Assembly (NCBI RefSeq): GCF_009914755.1
Contig: NC_060925.1
Strand: one strand, 5' to 3'
DNA: 64,000 nt
Source: the human T2T-CHM13v2.0 reference genome, Homo sapiens
Shown here: piece by piece, positions 27,401 through 41,749 of the stretch
Layout: the number at the start of each line of letters is the position of its first letter
Numbering within the stretch: the first letter of the stretch is position 1
Made by a program: the position numbers and the translations under genes
Notes under the pieces: generated by a model
The model's input: only the letters and a program-made list of their open reading frames with translations
Told to the model about the DNA's origin: nothing
Databases searched by the model: none

Positions 27401-27659
27401 CATGGCAAAAACTCTAAGCATGGCAGACTGAATAGACTGTAACCACTTGTCTCCTACCTGCTGGTGTCTTGGTTCCCAGAAATGTCACATTTAATGGTTG
27501 ACTCCACATGTCAGCATTTCCTGCTCTTGCTTTTGATTTGGTGTTACTGGATTCCTTTGAGTCACTAACATCTTTATGTTGATCGCATAACAGGCAGATT
27601 AGTACCACTATAACTTCATGAGTAACAACCTCAAATGGGTACTTTATACTTCAGGCAAT

Positions 27660-30120
27660 TACTACTTTTCTCTAGGAAGCTGGATTTCCCATTTTCTGAG
27701 ACCACTCTTTTTCTCTCTCCATAAACTGTCTACCTCTCTTTCACTCCATTTTCATATAACAACTTTGTCACCAATTTTGAAAGCTTCAGTATGACAACAG
27801 TAGTCAAGAGGCAGGAATGCCACATTCCCATCCCCAAATTTACAAACCTAACTTCCTCTGCACCCATTTTCTTCTTTTTTCCTGTCAGTACAACAACAAC
27901 AAAAACCATGTTTTTCCTATAAAATCCTGTCATCCATTGTGTGTGCTCTGAATCTCATTTCACCAACTCTATCCCTGTAACCTTCTCTCCTGCATCATCA
28001 TTTTGACCTTTCTCCTAAAATAATTCCCATCAGCTTTTTAAAATCTGCTGTCAGTTACCACACATCCAACTGCTTGTTAACTAATTTGTTAAAAATTACT
28101 TGAAAGTTAGCAGCTCACTAACTTCCGAAATGTTGTTGCTATTATTTACCCCACTATCTCTTTGTCCTTGAGTGTAATTCCATTACTATCATTTTACTGA
28201 AGTTTTGGGAGAGTGGAGGTTAGTGAATATGTTCAACTTGTTATCTTTAACCAGACATCCCTATTTACTCTTCAACTCATTTCTATCTGGCTACTTTCTC
28301 CTTGACTCCCCTAAAACAGCTCATGCTAAGGTCATCAATGAACTCCAGTTTGCCAAATCCTATAGACTGTTTGAATTCTTCTCTATCTTGTCTTTCTATA
28401 ACATCCAACACAGCTGGCCACTTTCAGTTTTTTTAAAAAACTATTTTCTCTTGAATTCCATGACATAAAGTTCTCTTGCTTCTCTAATCTCTCCTGAACC
28501 CTCAGTTATCCTTGGTGGCTCTTTCTTCAACTAACTTTTAAATGCTAGTTCTTCTTCCCTTACCTGGCTCCTTAAATGTTGGGAGTTACTTGCAGCTTGG
28601 TGCTGAGTCTTCCTCCCTATATACACTCTCTCTACCTTCTCTCTTCCATCCACACAGCTTTTATCTATAGGTCAACAAGTCCAAAATTTAGGTCTTTGTC
28701 TTTAGATATATCTTTTGAACTTCAGACCTGTAGATGCCTACATGATCTCTGCTTTCACATGATTCACAAACATCTCAAACTTAACATGTCTTAACTCTTT
28801 TCTTCTCTATTCTCTCCAAATACTTCCCCCCTTCATCTTCCATGAATCAGTAAATGTCACTTTTTCCTACCAGTTGATTGAGTAAATATTATTCCACATC
28901 ACCAATTCTTGGAGATCCTATCTCTAAATTATATATTACATCTATCCTCTTCTCTTGACATCTACATGGCCCAAGCCATCATCCACTTATTAGCTGTTTG
29001 TCCTTGAGGCAGTTTAAACTTTATAATTCTCAGTAATCATATCTATAAAATAGAGATGATAATAATAGCACATAACTTATAGAGTTATTGTAAAGATTAC
29101 ATGAGATAATACATGAAGAGTGCTGAGTATACTGTGAGCACTCAGTAAATGCTAACTATGATAATGCTCACCGTCATCACTTCCATATGTTACTGTAGTA
29201 GCCTCCTCCTCACTGGTACTCCACTTCCACTCCGCCCTCTTCAATCTCTTCTCCACAGGGCAGTTACAGTAAATTTTGAGGAACATCAATCTGATGCCTT
29301 CCTTAAAATGCTTGAATATCCTCCCAATGATCTTAGGATAACTTTATTCCTTTACAGGAATAAACTTCATTGACTTTATTCATTCACATGTTCATTCATT
29401 CAACTATATATCGAATGTCTATTGTAGATCCAGCCCCTTATTAGGTGTTAGGAATACAGCAATAACAAAAGTCACAACTAGTTCCTGCCCTTGTGGAGTT
29501 TACAAAGTAATTATGAGCACAAACATAAAATAAGCAAATAAAGCCTGTTAAATATGAATTCGAGGAAATGCTTAATATAGCTTATAGATGCTGCAAATCT
29601 GGATCCTTGCCTGCTTCTAATACTTTATTTCATGTCCCCTTCTCCTGTTTATCATACTGTGACCAGACTGGTCTGAAAAATATTTCATTTCCTTCTGCAA
29701 CATCATGTTTGCAAATGCTGTACCCTCTATTTGAAATGATTTTATTTTTCAACTGATTAGTTCTTATTCATGCTTCAGATTTCAGCTTAAATGTCATCTT
29801 CTCAAAGTCTTTCCCAGATTCACCAATTTTAATTCGATTCTCCCACCCAATTATTCTTTTCATAGCATCTGTATTTATTTTTCACATCAGACAGGTAATG
29901 TGCTGATGTCATAACAAGGTTTGAGAGAGTCATCACATCCCACACATAAGTGCAAAACCCCAATCATCACACTTATGAACTACAAAAGGATCTCATAGCA
30001 CTTGTATTTTTATTTCTTTGTAGTGTTGTTTTTTCTTTCCCTCCAAATTATACCCACCACCTAGGGAAGTTCCTGGTATGACATTAGCATTCAGAAATGT
30101 TTATTAAATGAATTAATATT
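27660..30120. mobile_element. Long degenerate L2 with embedded MIR and U13 retrocopy
   Basis: L2 motifs (aaggtcatcaatgaactcc, catctcaaacttaacatgtc, cattcattcaac, aatgtttattaaatgaat); boundaries approximate. Confidence 0.55.
29887..29991 (-). pseudogene. U13 (SNORD13) box C/D snoRNA retrocopy
   Basis: Reverse complement ATCCTTTTGTAGTTCATAAGTGTGATGATTGGG...AACCTTGTTATGAC..GCACATTACCTGTCTGA matches U13; short A-tail; flanking repeat tcatagca..gta at 29860 and 29993. Confidence 0.9.
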
Positions 30121-32114
30121 ATTGCAATCTTGAGGTATTTGACACCATATTTTGCAATAAGTAAAAGCTCAATGAGGATTTGTTAAACCATTTAACAATT
30201 TTCCGAGATAAGTTATTACCTTAGCTTTTCCTAGCCAAATTCAAGATCATTTTCTTGATCTTCATTGTAAGAGTAAGAAAAACAAGGCTAGATCTTTGGA
30301 TGTTAAAGGATGAACCTAATGAGAGGGTAACTTTGGCAGTATGTCAACATAATGCAAAATCTGCTCCTTAGTTTTGTAGGTTTAAAAACTCAAATTGATC
30401 AATGTACTCCATAATATTAACACTCTAGGAGAGGTAATTCAATCCAATAAAATTCATTAGAGAAAGAGTTATCAACCCCAATACAAAACAGTTAAGTCAT
30501 AGTGGAAGAAAGTTTGGAATTCCAGTAACTGTAAAATTTTGTCCATAATTAGGAATAGTAATTTTATGAAATGTCCTACATAACAGACTCTAAAAATAGA
30601 TTCTTATTCCATAAAAAGGACATTTCCATTTAATTCAATATAAATATCCGACAGAATGGAAATGAACTGTGTTAGAAAAATATTTATGGTTACTTGATAA
30701 AGTGACTTTTCCTATTGGACAGTTCTAAATAAACCCTGACAAATTCTTACGAAACCCTTCTTTCCTCCATTGTTGACAGAAAAATTATTACATCATTTGT
30801 TTCATACCTGATATTTCCAAGATTACATGTTTTAAAAAAAAACCCCACGCTTTTATGGTAGTTGTTTCTTGATTATCTTAGGAAAGGTGCTGCTGAGGAC
30901 TTCCACTTCCAGGAATGCTGGACTGGGTAATTCAGACAAACTCTCCTGCTGTTTGCAGTGTAGAGCCAAAAAGATAGTGAAGAATTTGGCAGGCACTAAG
31001 GACACAGGCCTGGATCAAGGTGAGGATAGGTCTGGTGTGTTGTGTCCAACATTTGAGGCCAGCCACTTTTCCTCTGGAGACATTTGTCTGTTCCAAAATG
31101 GGTGGCTGAGATGCTGAGAGGCTGAGTGGTACTTCTGACAGCTTAAGAGAACAAGGAGAACAGGCATCAGAGTTCAGGGTCCACCAATTAATGTGCTCTA
31201 GTGAGCCACACTCACTGCAGGTTGGGACCTCAGAGAGCTGCACCATAGGAGTGAGCATGACCTCTTCCAGCACTGGCGTGGGGACTAGCTGTGTTGGACT
31301 TACAAGTTATGGTGATGTCTATACACTCAGTGAGATAGGTAAGGGTTATTGGGAATAATTTTGTCTACATTTTGTACTTAACTTCGGTATTGATTTCAAA
31401 CCTGACTCCTGAGTCAGCAGCAACTCCAAACAACTCCAGATTAATAGCTTTTCGGCTTATTGCAGTGATTCAACAGGGCCATCTTTAGGGTTTTAGAACA
31501 TGGCCAAGTCATTATGACATCTGCTCCAATACCTCAAGATTCACTAATGAAGTCCTCCAAGTGAATACAGAGAAATGCCACAGGAATAAGATCAGAAAAC
31601 TTCACTTCGTGTATGGAAGGAATTCTAGGTCAGAAGGGCAGAGAAGTTAAAAGAGTGGCAGCTACTAAAGCAAAGAGAGAGAAGGCTATTCATTCTTTGA
31701 GAGCTATTAATAGTTTCTTAGGAATTCTTGAATTCATTTTATGAGGAAATCATAAAAGTTTCAGTGGGCTTAGGGGAATATGTTTGTGTCTTGTTTTCGT
31801 CTGGTAAACATCCTCAAAATTTATAAACAAAATAGAGACAAAGACAATCCAAGTCAAAACAAAATAGAAAATATATTTGAAATGCCTGCTTTTCTGTTCT
31901 TGAATGTCTCATTCAGGCTTAAAGATATAAGATAAGCATAGATACTTACCATCCAGTAAGTATACACTTTGCCAAATACATGTCCTGCTTTGTAGCCTTC
32001 GCCACATAACTAAGAGCACAAGCCACTCTTTTTCTAAGCTCTAATGGGATGGTAAAGAGGACAGAAAAAAACTACGTTTTACTTTTTGTAGTTATAACTA
32101 GCATTTAAAACAGA

Positions 32115-32418
<304 letters not shown>

Positions 32419-32421
32419 AGA

Positions 32422-33084
32422 TTTTTTTTTTTTTTTAATTATACTTTAAGTTCTGGGATACATGTGCAGAACGTGCAGTTTTGTTACATAGGTATACATG
32501 TGCCATGGTGGTTTGCTGCACCCATGAACCCGTCATCTACATTAGGTATTTCTCCTAATGCTATCCCTCCTCTTACACCCCACCCCACTGACAGGCCCCA
32601 ATGTGTGATGTTCCCTTCCCTGTGCCCATATGTTCTCATTGTTCAACTCCCACTTATGAGTGAGAACATGCAGTGTTTGGTTTTCTGTTCCTGTGTTAGT
32701 TTGCTGAGAATGATGGTTTCCAGCTTCATCCATGTCCCTGCAAAGGACGTGAACTCATTCTTTTCTATGGCTGCATAGTATTCCATGGTGTATATGTGCC
32801 ACATTTCTTTATCCAATCTATCATTGATGGGCGTTTGGGTTGGTTCCAAGTCTTTGCTATTGTGAACAGTGCTGCAATAAACATATGTGTGCATGTGTCT
32901 TTATAGCAGAATGATTTAAATCCTTTTGGTATATACTCAGTAATGGGATTGTTGGGTCAAATGGTATTTCTAGTTCTAGATCCTTGAGGAATCGCCACAC
33001 TGTTTTCCACAATGGTTGAACTAATTTACACTCCCACCAACAGTGTAACACGTGCCTATTTCTCCACATTCTCTCTAGCATCTG
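32422..33084 (-). mobile_element. 5'-truncated primate L1 (L1PA) 3' end
   Basis: ttatactttaagttctgggatacatgtgcagaacgtgcag 3'UTR; ORF2 C-terminal remnants in ORF track; TSD taaaacagatttt at 32106 and 33085. Confidence 0.93.
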
Positions 33085-33457
33085 TAAAACAGATTTTAAG
33101 ATGATAGGGACCTAATGACTTCTAGCACTATTTCTCATGCAAAAGACTACCTCCATTACTAATGTATTTTGATAGCTTTCATTTTCATTCTTGTTAGGTT
33201 TTTAATGTAAGTTTACTTTGCAACAATATCTATCCTTTTTTAGTCTGAGTTCTTTCCTCTAGGGCCTCAGAGAATAAATCTAATTCATCTTTTATACATG
33301 TCCCAAAATTTGAAGTTAGCTAACATGTCAATCTCTTCTTTTCCCCCTCATTTCTTCAGCCTCCAAGACGGCCATCAAACCTGTTTTTCACCACATTTTA
33401 CAGGTAAAACCCACATCCAAACCTCCAATGCAACATGACCAACATTAAGACTATTGC

Positions 33458-33806
<349 letters not shown>

Positions 33807-34192
33807 TTAAAATGCAGCTATTTTTGCAACCTAAGCCATAGTACTCTATTCGGATCAGAATTAGAATTAAGTACCATTGCTTCGTCTTTTGTCAAACCAA
33901 CTATAAAGCCAGGTTTTCCCTCATGCTGAACTCACATAATGGATTGTTTAGAATTCAAGGGCAGGACTTCACATTTAGGAATATTCAACGTTAGGATTTT
34001 TTGGCTTGTTGAGATTTTTGAATTGTCATTCATTGTTCTACAAATCTTCTCTGGATTTACATTATCTGTAAACTTAATAACTGTAAGTGGTGAGTGAAAA
34101 TGAATTGCATGAGGCTAAGGACATAAAACTGGTATAAGCCATAAGAGATCTCTCGCAAGTTGATTAATGGTTCATTTAAACCACCATGGTGA

Positions 34193-34362
34193 TAGCCACG
34201 ATTCCCAAACTTTTTTTTTTTTTTTTAAATCATGCATCAGAATCGCCTGGTGGGCTTACTAAAATTGATTGTTGGGTCTCACCAATTTCTGATGTCCTTC
34301 TGAGCACTTGCATTTCTAACAAGTTCCCAGGTAATGTGATGACCAACTTTGGGAAGCATTGC
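34193..34362. mobile_element. MER5A-like DNA transposon
   Basis: tgcatcagaatc.cctgg, tgcatttctaacaagttcccaggt, actttgggaagca. Confidence 0.7.
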
Positions 34363-35053
34363 TTTATGGGCACAATTAATCATTCAATAAGCTTCCATCA
34401 CACAACCCAACCGATTCTTTATGAACCTTGTAATGTGAAGTTTGGCTTGACTTATTCTTATGTTGGATGTACACTGACCCCCAGAAATATATTTTATGCT
34501 GCTGTACAAACTGATTAGATATTATTATACTTCCACGTCCATAATTTTAAAGCTTTCAATGAGAAAGAATGGGTTAAATAGTTTAGTTTAGTTAGGGAAC
34601 CTGAACTCTGGCCAATTGTAATAGCCACAGGGTTGCTTCAAATACATGTTTAAATGTTGACATTGCCAAAGATGAAATAAACCCTCCTATAGTGATGTTG
34701 CTGTTTTCAAACAGATCTAAGTTCACAAAGATTGCAGTCTATTAGAAAATAAATATTAAGCCTTTCCACACTGACAACTTGTCAGCAACAAATATTGAAT
34801 TACAACTTGTAGGATTGGATTTAGAAAAAAATTTAGTCAATGAATGGGAATTTCAACCTTTCGTTAAGGAGAAATACCTTAGTTTCTCCTGTCTCATTCA
34901 TTGAGTCCGCCTAAAGGGTGATATTTGGCAGATTTTGGTACCTTAGTTAAAGATTCGGTAAGCTTTTGATAATATGTATATTGAGTAAAATAGCCGTTCA
35001 GTGGCCATATCTGCCCTGATCCCAAAATATACTCAAACAACGTTTTCACTTCA

Positions 35054-35059
35054 TTTATT
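35054..35059 (-). terminator. Poly(A) signal AATAAA for YOD1
   Basis: Plus-strand tttatt with downstream GU/U-rich element on minus strand. Confidence 0.65.
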
Positions 35060-38000
35060 CCTTTGAAACAAGTCACTTAATACAGCATTTAGATATTTAA
35101 AGTCATACACCTCATAAATAAAATCAATGCATCTTAATGACAATGGCAAAATCACATAAGAGTTGTAGAAAATGAAGTTAGACATCTTCCAGGTAGCAGC
35201 AGTGTATTACTTCAAAAAATGCTGGCAAATAGGCAAAACATTTTTAAAACAAGAAAACACTGTCCATCTGCATTAAGAAAAAATATTTTCTTATGCTGTT
35301 TTGCCCATCCCTACTTTTTCAAGTCATATTCTAAAGCTCTAATTTGACGGTCTTTACTTGTGGTTTTCTTTTTGCGTTAGGAACCTCTGTCTCTACTGCA
35401 TTAATACAGAAACTATAGGAATATTGTTGTTCTCTAACCCTTTTCACAAACTATTCATATTCATTCTGTATTTAGGCTGAATTCAAATTTTTTTCAAGGA
35501 AAAATACTATTCTGCTAAGTACATATTTCCTGTAAACAGCTGGAGTCCTGAATGGCACCAATGTGACTGGAAAACTGACAAAAATTAGGTCCCCTGGTCC
35601 TTTAAGTAACTTACGGGCTAATTACATAGCCTATACCAGTTTATAAAGTAGACTCATGTAATCATATTAGAAATTCTGAGCCTAAGATGATCCTTTCTGT
35701 TTACCTACAACTTAATCAAATTATATCTTCACCATTCCTAAACTCCTATATGTTGGTTAGTACTTTTAAAAACATATGTATAAAAGGGCATCATGGCAAA
35801 ATGCTTATAATTCATGGTTTCATACTTTAATGATAAGCTTTTTCACCTATGGCCATGCTACATTCTATGACAAGAAATGGGGAAGAAGGGTTGAGTTGAC
35901 ACAAAGGCATTGCTTTAAAAATGTTTGGAAAAGGGTAATTCATGACTAGGAATGCATCTATTTGACAATCTCTTCTTTATCAGTGGTACTTTGTCTTCTT
36001 GGCCCTTTTCTCCCTTCACTCTACCATGAGGGGGTTACCAACCTCCTTTAAATGTGTATGAATCAAGACCTAAATCAGCACCCTACAATTCAACATCAAT
36101 AATAATTTTAAGTCAAACATTCAAAGCACTGTAAGCAAAATGCTAGATAATTTTGAGAAAAATAAACACTCTCCCACAACCAGGGACACTTAATATTCTT
36201 TTTATGTGGAATGAAATGTGCTGAAATACTGTAACATAAGAAAACAGCTTTAGTTTATAAACTAGCTTATTCAAATCAAGTGTTTCACTTTGGACTTAAA
36301 ATGATGCCACTTGTATATGACACGTTTAAGGCCTCTGACTCAAAAATCAGCTTCCTTATAAGTCTGCTTGGAAACAAGTTTTAAGGATCGAATCTTTTAG
36401 AAATTATCAGTCATCTCTGCACTACAAGGACAAATTTGAATACTGCATTGTATAATAATACAAGATATTCACATAATAATAAGTAACATTTTTAATGCTA
36501 GGGCACAGACCATGCTCCTAATAGTTACTGAAATTGAGTTCTACTGTTATCAAAACACCAGAATGTTGTGCCAATAGATACACTCTACACTGATGGCAAT
36601 CTTTGATTAAGAAGAGCTGATGGTTAGTAGCTCAAGAATTGTACTTTAATGTCCTTAATTAGATCCCTAGAGGGCCAACATGTAAACTTTTATTCCATAT
36701 ATATTTTTTAAAGTGCTGCAAACAAATGTGTCTCCACACATGAAAGAACATAATTCTTAGTATGTTTAGGAAGGCCACCTGATTTGTCAAAAAAAAAAAA
36801 AAATCACTCTTGCTTAATCTTGCATACTTCCCATTCCATTTTTTTTCCCAAAAAGATGTAAGAAAACTATGTTTAGCTTAGGGCAACTTGCAACACCCAC
36901 GTTTTAATCCCTCCACAGAAGGAATAAACTAGAGAAGCAAGTTAGGCATGGGCATTTAGGGACACAGACAAATTAGATAGATAACATAATGTTAGTTAAT
37001 TCCTCATTATTATTTTGCTGGGACTTCATGGAATAATCAAGCGGCATGACTACATTAGTTGTTAAAAACAGGGTCAAACTGACCAGCAGTCAAGCGTCAA
37101 GGGTACCACTTGACTATGCTAATTTCATGGGAAACAATGAAGAAATCAACCATGAACCATTAGCAAAAGATGGAACACACTAATGTCTTCACTTGGCTAA
37201 CACATCACAAAATTTCCAGGTATGTTAAATTTTAGCTTCTGAAATCACTTTATTCAGGAGTGAATCTTCATAGTACTACACCTGACCTTTAATCCAAAGA
37301 AAAGTAAGAGAAAGGAAGAAGGGTGGGGTGGGAAAGTGAGGTCTTTATTCACTTTGCCACTAATATAAACTGTCATTTTAATTTTTAAAAAAATTCCTCT
37401 ATGGCAGGCAAAAACTCAATGAATAGGAAAGATTTCATTCTGCTCTAGTACAAAACTTAAGACATTTAATCCTCCTGAAAGTTGTAAGTCCATAGATTTT
37501 CAAAATTCCCAAGATGAGAATTTACTCCCTTTAATAACTAATTCCAAGAGTTTAATAAGCACAGTAAAAAATGAAAAAACAAACAAACAAAAAGCAAACC
37601 CCTGTAAATTCTGTGAGGCTTAAAAGCTTGAGTTTAGAATGAGCAAAGGTTTAGGTTTTTAATCCTCAATAATTAAATCAGATGGTCCACAAATAAAGCT
37701 TCACCTTGAATTTTCCAGGATCAGAACACTAAAGTACTAGTGCTAAATTTCAGCAGACTAAAGAGTCATTTTTGAAAGGAATTTGACAGAGTATCAGTGT
37801 CCAACCGGTAAATGGACAACCTAGATAACAGATAAAATACAATGAAATAAGATCCCCTGAATAAATACTTGACACTTAATATGTAAACAAAGCCCTTACA
37901 ATGAAGGGGTTTAATTCTGTAAAATATCAGTGTTCTATTCCTTTCCATTTGTTAAATTTACCCACTGTAGAAAATATATACTGAATATAAAGTGACAGAA

Positions 38001-39723
38001 ACTTATGTTGGAACATATCAAAACATATGACAGAAACATATCAAAACATGCCTGGCACAGTATAAATTACTCAATAAATATTTGTTGCACGAATAAACTT
38101 CTAGATCTAAAGCTGTAGTAAGCAAATGTCAACTCTGTGTCCTGAAGTAGCAAAGAAAGGAAGGCAAGCTTTCTGAGTAATGATGCATAAAGCTCAATTT
38201 GATAATTGTTATCTAGTGGTATATTCTTAATTTACAGTTTTAAATTTAGTATTTTCTGGGAGAAGTAAAAAAGATACAAAACCAAAACCATCCAGATCAG
38301 ATGAGAGTCAGGTGTGGAGAGATTTTCAATCCCATTAATTTGAACACATTATGATTGCCAAACATTAAGTATCATAAGCTCATCAGTGCTATTTTTAAGG
38401 CTCAGTAAAATAGAAAACTAAACACTTTTAAGTTATGCTGACCATAACAGCTTATATTGTCTAAAATAACTATGCACACAAAAGGTACTCAAGAAATGTC
38501 ATCTGACAATTTCAAACAAACTTTGTGAATTGTTCCTTAAAAGTTCTTTTCTCTTATATTGTTCAAATGTTCCTTAATTTTATATGGCCACCTTCACCAA
38601 GTGAAAGTGCTAAAAATAAATGTCAATTTTAAAACATTTGCTAGGCAGATATGCTGAAAAAGATCCAAGTGCTTTAAAGTATACCACTGAATTTCTAAGT
38701 GAGATACTTAATAAAAAAGAGACCAAAATAACAAAACTTCACATTAAGCCTCTTCACATTATGTGAGATAATACATAACAAATTATAATTTAGCATCCCT
38801 GATCAGAATAATTAAGAAAAGAGGTAGAAAACTTTTATCTGGAAGATCTTGTAGTGAAGCTAAGTTTTAGAGGGTGTGCCTTGCGGATTAGTCCACTAAG
38901 CAAATGGCTACACATCTAGTACTAGGAAGAAGCAGAATTCTGAGAAAGCTGCATAAGGCAAGGATTTACAATTTTTTCTATTTTGGAAGTGAAACTAGTT
39001 CATTCAACAGTATTACTCCAATTGCTTTAAAACTTCAAAAATCAAAGTAAAAGATTGCAGATAAGCAAAGTGCTAATTTGCAGAAATGTGAAATTATTTA
39101 AAATAACTTTAGTGGAGGGATAAGGCTAGCACAAAAGCAAACACTCTTTAGGTGTGCAAAAAATCTTACAAAAACCAACCCAAAGCAGAGCATTATTACT
39201 TGAAAAAAATTTTTTGGAGGAAGTGCTCTTAACAAAAAGCTGAGAAAATTAAATCCCCCCCGATAAACTTTACGCAAATGAAGAAAAAACTGAGGACTCG
39301 AATTTCAAGGAATTTCAATTAAAAAAGTACCCTGCTTAACTTTAAAATGTTATCCAATGTGACAAAGACCAATACATGAATTGCATTAAAACACGAGGCC
39401 AACGGTCTTTTAAAGCTTCAGGAAGCTGCTCAGGCACCTATTCCCTCATACATTCTACGTTTTATATGCTAGAGATCTTAAACAGGGCACAATCAGTTCC
39501 TGTTTTGTGATAACATTCTCAAGGATGAGACTCATCCCTGTAAAAATTGCTTGTGATGTACTTATCAGTGGTTAAGCACACATTTATAATGTCTACCAAA
39601 TTGCAATATAAAATCAGTTTGGACAATTCTGAGTATCTTCATTTGATGAATCAATTCATAATTTAGAAACTTAACTCATTCAGAGTTTTTAAAAAGACTC
39701 AGTTACTGGAGACACTGTGGTAA

Positions 39724-39933
39724 ATGTCCAGTGGACTCACAGGAGGCCTTCCACATTACCCAAAATGTGATGCTTTCTTCTACAAGTTAAAGCTGCTGGG
39801 TGCTAGTTTATAATACTCAATCTCAATCGTATGCCCAGTGGACTCACAGGAGGCCTTCCACATTACCCAAAATGTGATGCTTTCTTCTACAAGTTAAAGC
39901 TGCTGGGTGCTAGTTTATAATACTCAATCTCAA
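39724..39933. repeat. Two-copy tandem duplication, period 107 bp
   Basis: 39728-39826 identical to 39835-39933 (99 bp). Confidence 0.97.
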
Positions 39934-40210
39934 CCTTCAGGTCAGTGTCAGTAGGTGGCAAGGATCACCTATTCTGTCACTCCAGCAGAAAGAGGCATGT
40001 ATGTACAGTTTACCACTGTAGACACACATCTGTAAACTTGCACACTAATTTTAATCTTAACAAGGAATTTCAGTGTCTTAGTGGTTTTAAGTTAAAAGGA
40101 TGGTTCAAGCATTGTATCCTTTGTTCTTTAGGGTTACCATAGCTTATTGGAAAACCCAGAGCCTTCTGGATGTGTGAGGTAGTAGGCTTCAACCCTCATT
40201 CATGCATAGG

Positions 40211-40914
40211 TCACACTTCTCCAAAGTTGGTATGGCCTGTCTCCTTGGCATGTTCCCTTGCTTCTGCTTGTCCAGTTAATCCTTTCTGACATACCATGCA
40301 TCTCAGGGTGAAGCGGTTGACATCAGTAAACTGTCTCCTTCTTCTAGCTTCATCTGCTAATTCCAGTGCTTGTACAAGAACAATATCATCATTAGAGGAG
40401 AAAATGGTCAGAGGAGGTGTATCTGGATCAGGGAAGTTACGCTGAAGTGGATCATAGTGGATGCCATCATAAATAAGCAGAACCCTTTTGGTATATCCTG
40501 CATCTTCCCCAAAACGATCAATTCTTACTGTCTGTGTATCCACTACACATATTTCACATTGGTAAAACTTGGACAAAATCGATATCTCTATTGCTCCTCC
40601 CCAAGTGTCATCCCTTTTGATCCAGTCACAGTACTCTTGATTTGTTTTTCCCAGTATTGCCTCACTATAGAAGTCTGGATCGCTTGCTACAATTTGTGCT
40701 ATGAGGCGTCTCATCTCAGGGGCACAAGCTGGATTCAAGACTCCTCCTTCGACGACATAGTACACACTAGTAAAGAGGCAAGAGTTGTCTGCTGGGACCA
40801 CGGTTCTGGTAAGCACAGGCAAAGTTTCCCTGACGTAACTAGAAGCACCACGTTTAGTAAATGCAGGTGAACTTCTGGGCCTGGTTTGGTCTTCTTCAAT
40901 GATCAGCATGTCAC
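40211..40914 (-). CDS. YOD1: YOD1 exon 2: OTU catalytic domain and C2H2 zinc finger
   Basis: DNSCLF (Cys160), WGGAIE, GIHYD, CMVC..H..H; acceptor ttttaacag at 40915; 343+704=1047 nt = 348 aa + stop. Confidence 0.97.
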
Positions 40915-41749
40915 CTGTTAAAAATAAAACAAATCCCGATCTGCAAAGAAATTACAGAAGAAACCGAGTGTTCTCTAGCCAAGTCTGTAAATTACAAACT
41001 GAAGGAGTTAAAGCATAAACTGGGGTTACTAAGGAGAATACAGTTTTGCAAGTAAGTTACCAGTAAGAATCTTTGTTCACTGAATTTTCATAAAGATGAA
41101 AAAAGAACAAAAAACACTTGAGGTTGCATCCCAATTTAGTGAAGGGGTCTGGAGTAAACAACTTCAAGCTTACCTAAAAAGATACATTTCAAAAACAAAA
41201 TTTCCTTTCCTTATACAGTATTTTACAGAAGGTGCTCACTACAGAGTAGGCCGCTAGGGGGTTCTCCTTCTCCGGAAACTTATCTACTCTAGAGTGTTTA
41301 CAACATCCTTGATACAGCAACTGAAAGCTTTTAATTATAAACACTGATGTTCAAGTTTTGATATGGCACAGAAATAACTGCTGCTGGTTAGAAATTGAAA
41401 GAGCTTTCAGTGGGTGTTTTAAAAGCTAACTCGAAAATGAGTATGCCTGTCAAACGAAGTATCTACGAAGGGGACTGCAAAAATGAATCAAGAAAAAAAA
41501 AATCCTGCACCCTTGAGATCTCATCGGTGATATAGGGAAAAAGAGACATAAGGACAGAGAAAATAGGCCCTACTTTATATTTTTGTGGACGCCGAGGGAA
41601 AACAAAATGGGATAGTTTCAAAGCCGACCAGAAAGCGGAATGGGGAAGGGGGTCTTCAAGGCTTTGGGTTCCCTTTCAACCCTGTGTCAAGACAAGGAGT
41701 TGCTAGACACTTGCCCTGGCCCCCGTCAGCATTCTCTGTTCTTTGATCT

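Larger units (their letters stand above)
35040..40210 (-). other. YOD1: YOD1 long AT-rich 3'UTR (~5.2 kb)
   Basis: No Alus seen; ends near AATAAA at 35059-35054 followed by a GU-rich element (TTGTTTGAGTATATTTTGG). Confidence 0.7.

Noticed and set aside
30881-31338. Possible plus-strand exon (tcttag|GAAAGG ... GATAG|gtaagg)
   Set aside because: Long for an internal exon and resembles an old L1M 5' fragment; no independent support
32464-33081. ORFs resembling L1 ORF2 C-terminus
   Set aside because: Frameshifted remnants of a truncated L1, not a gene
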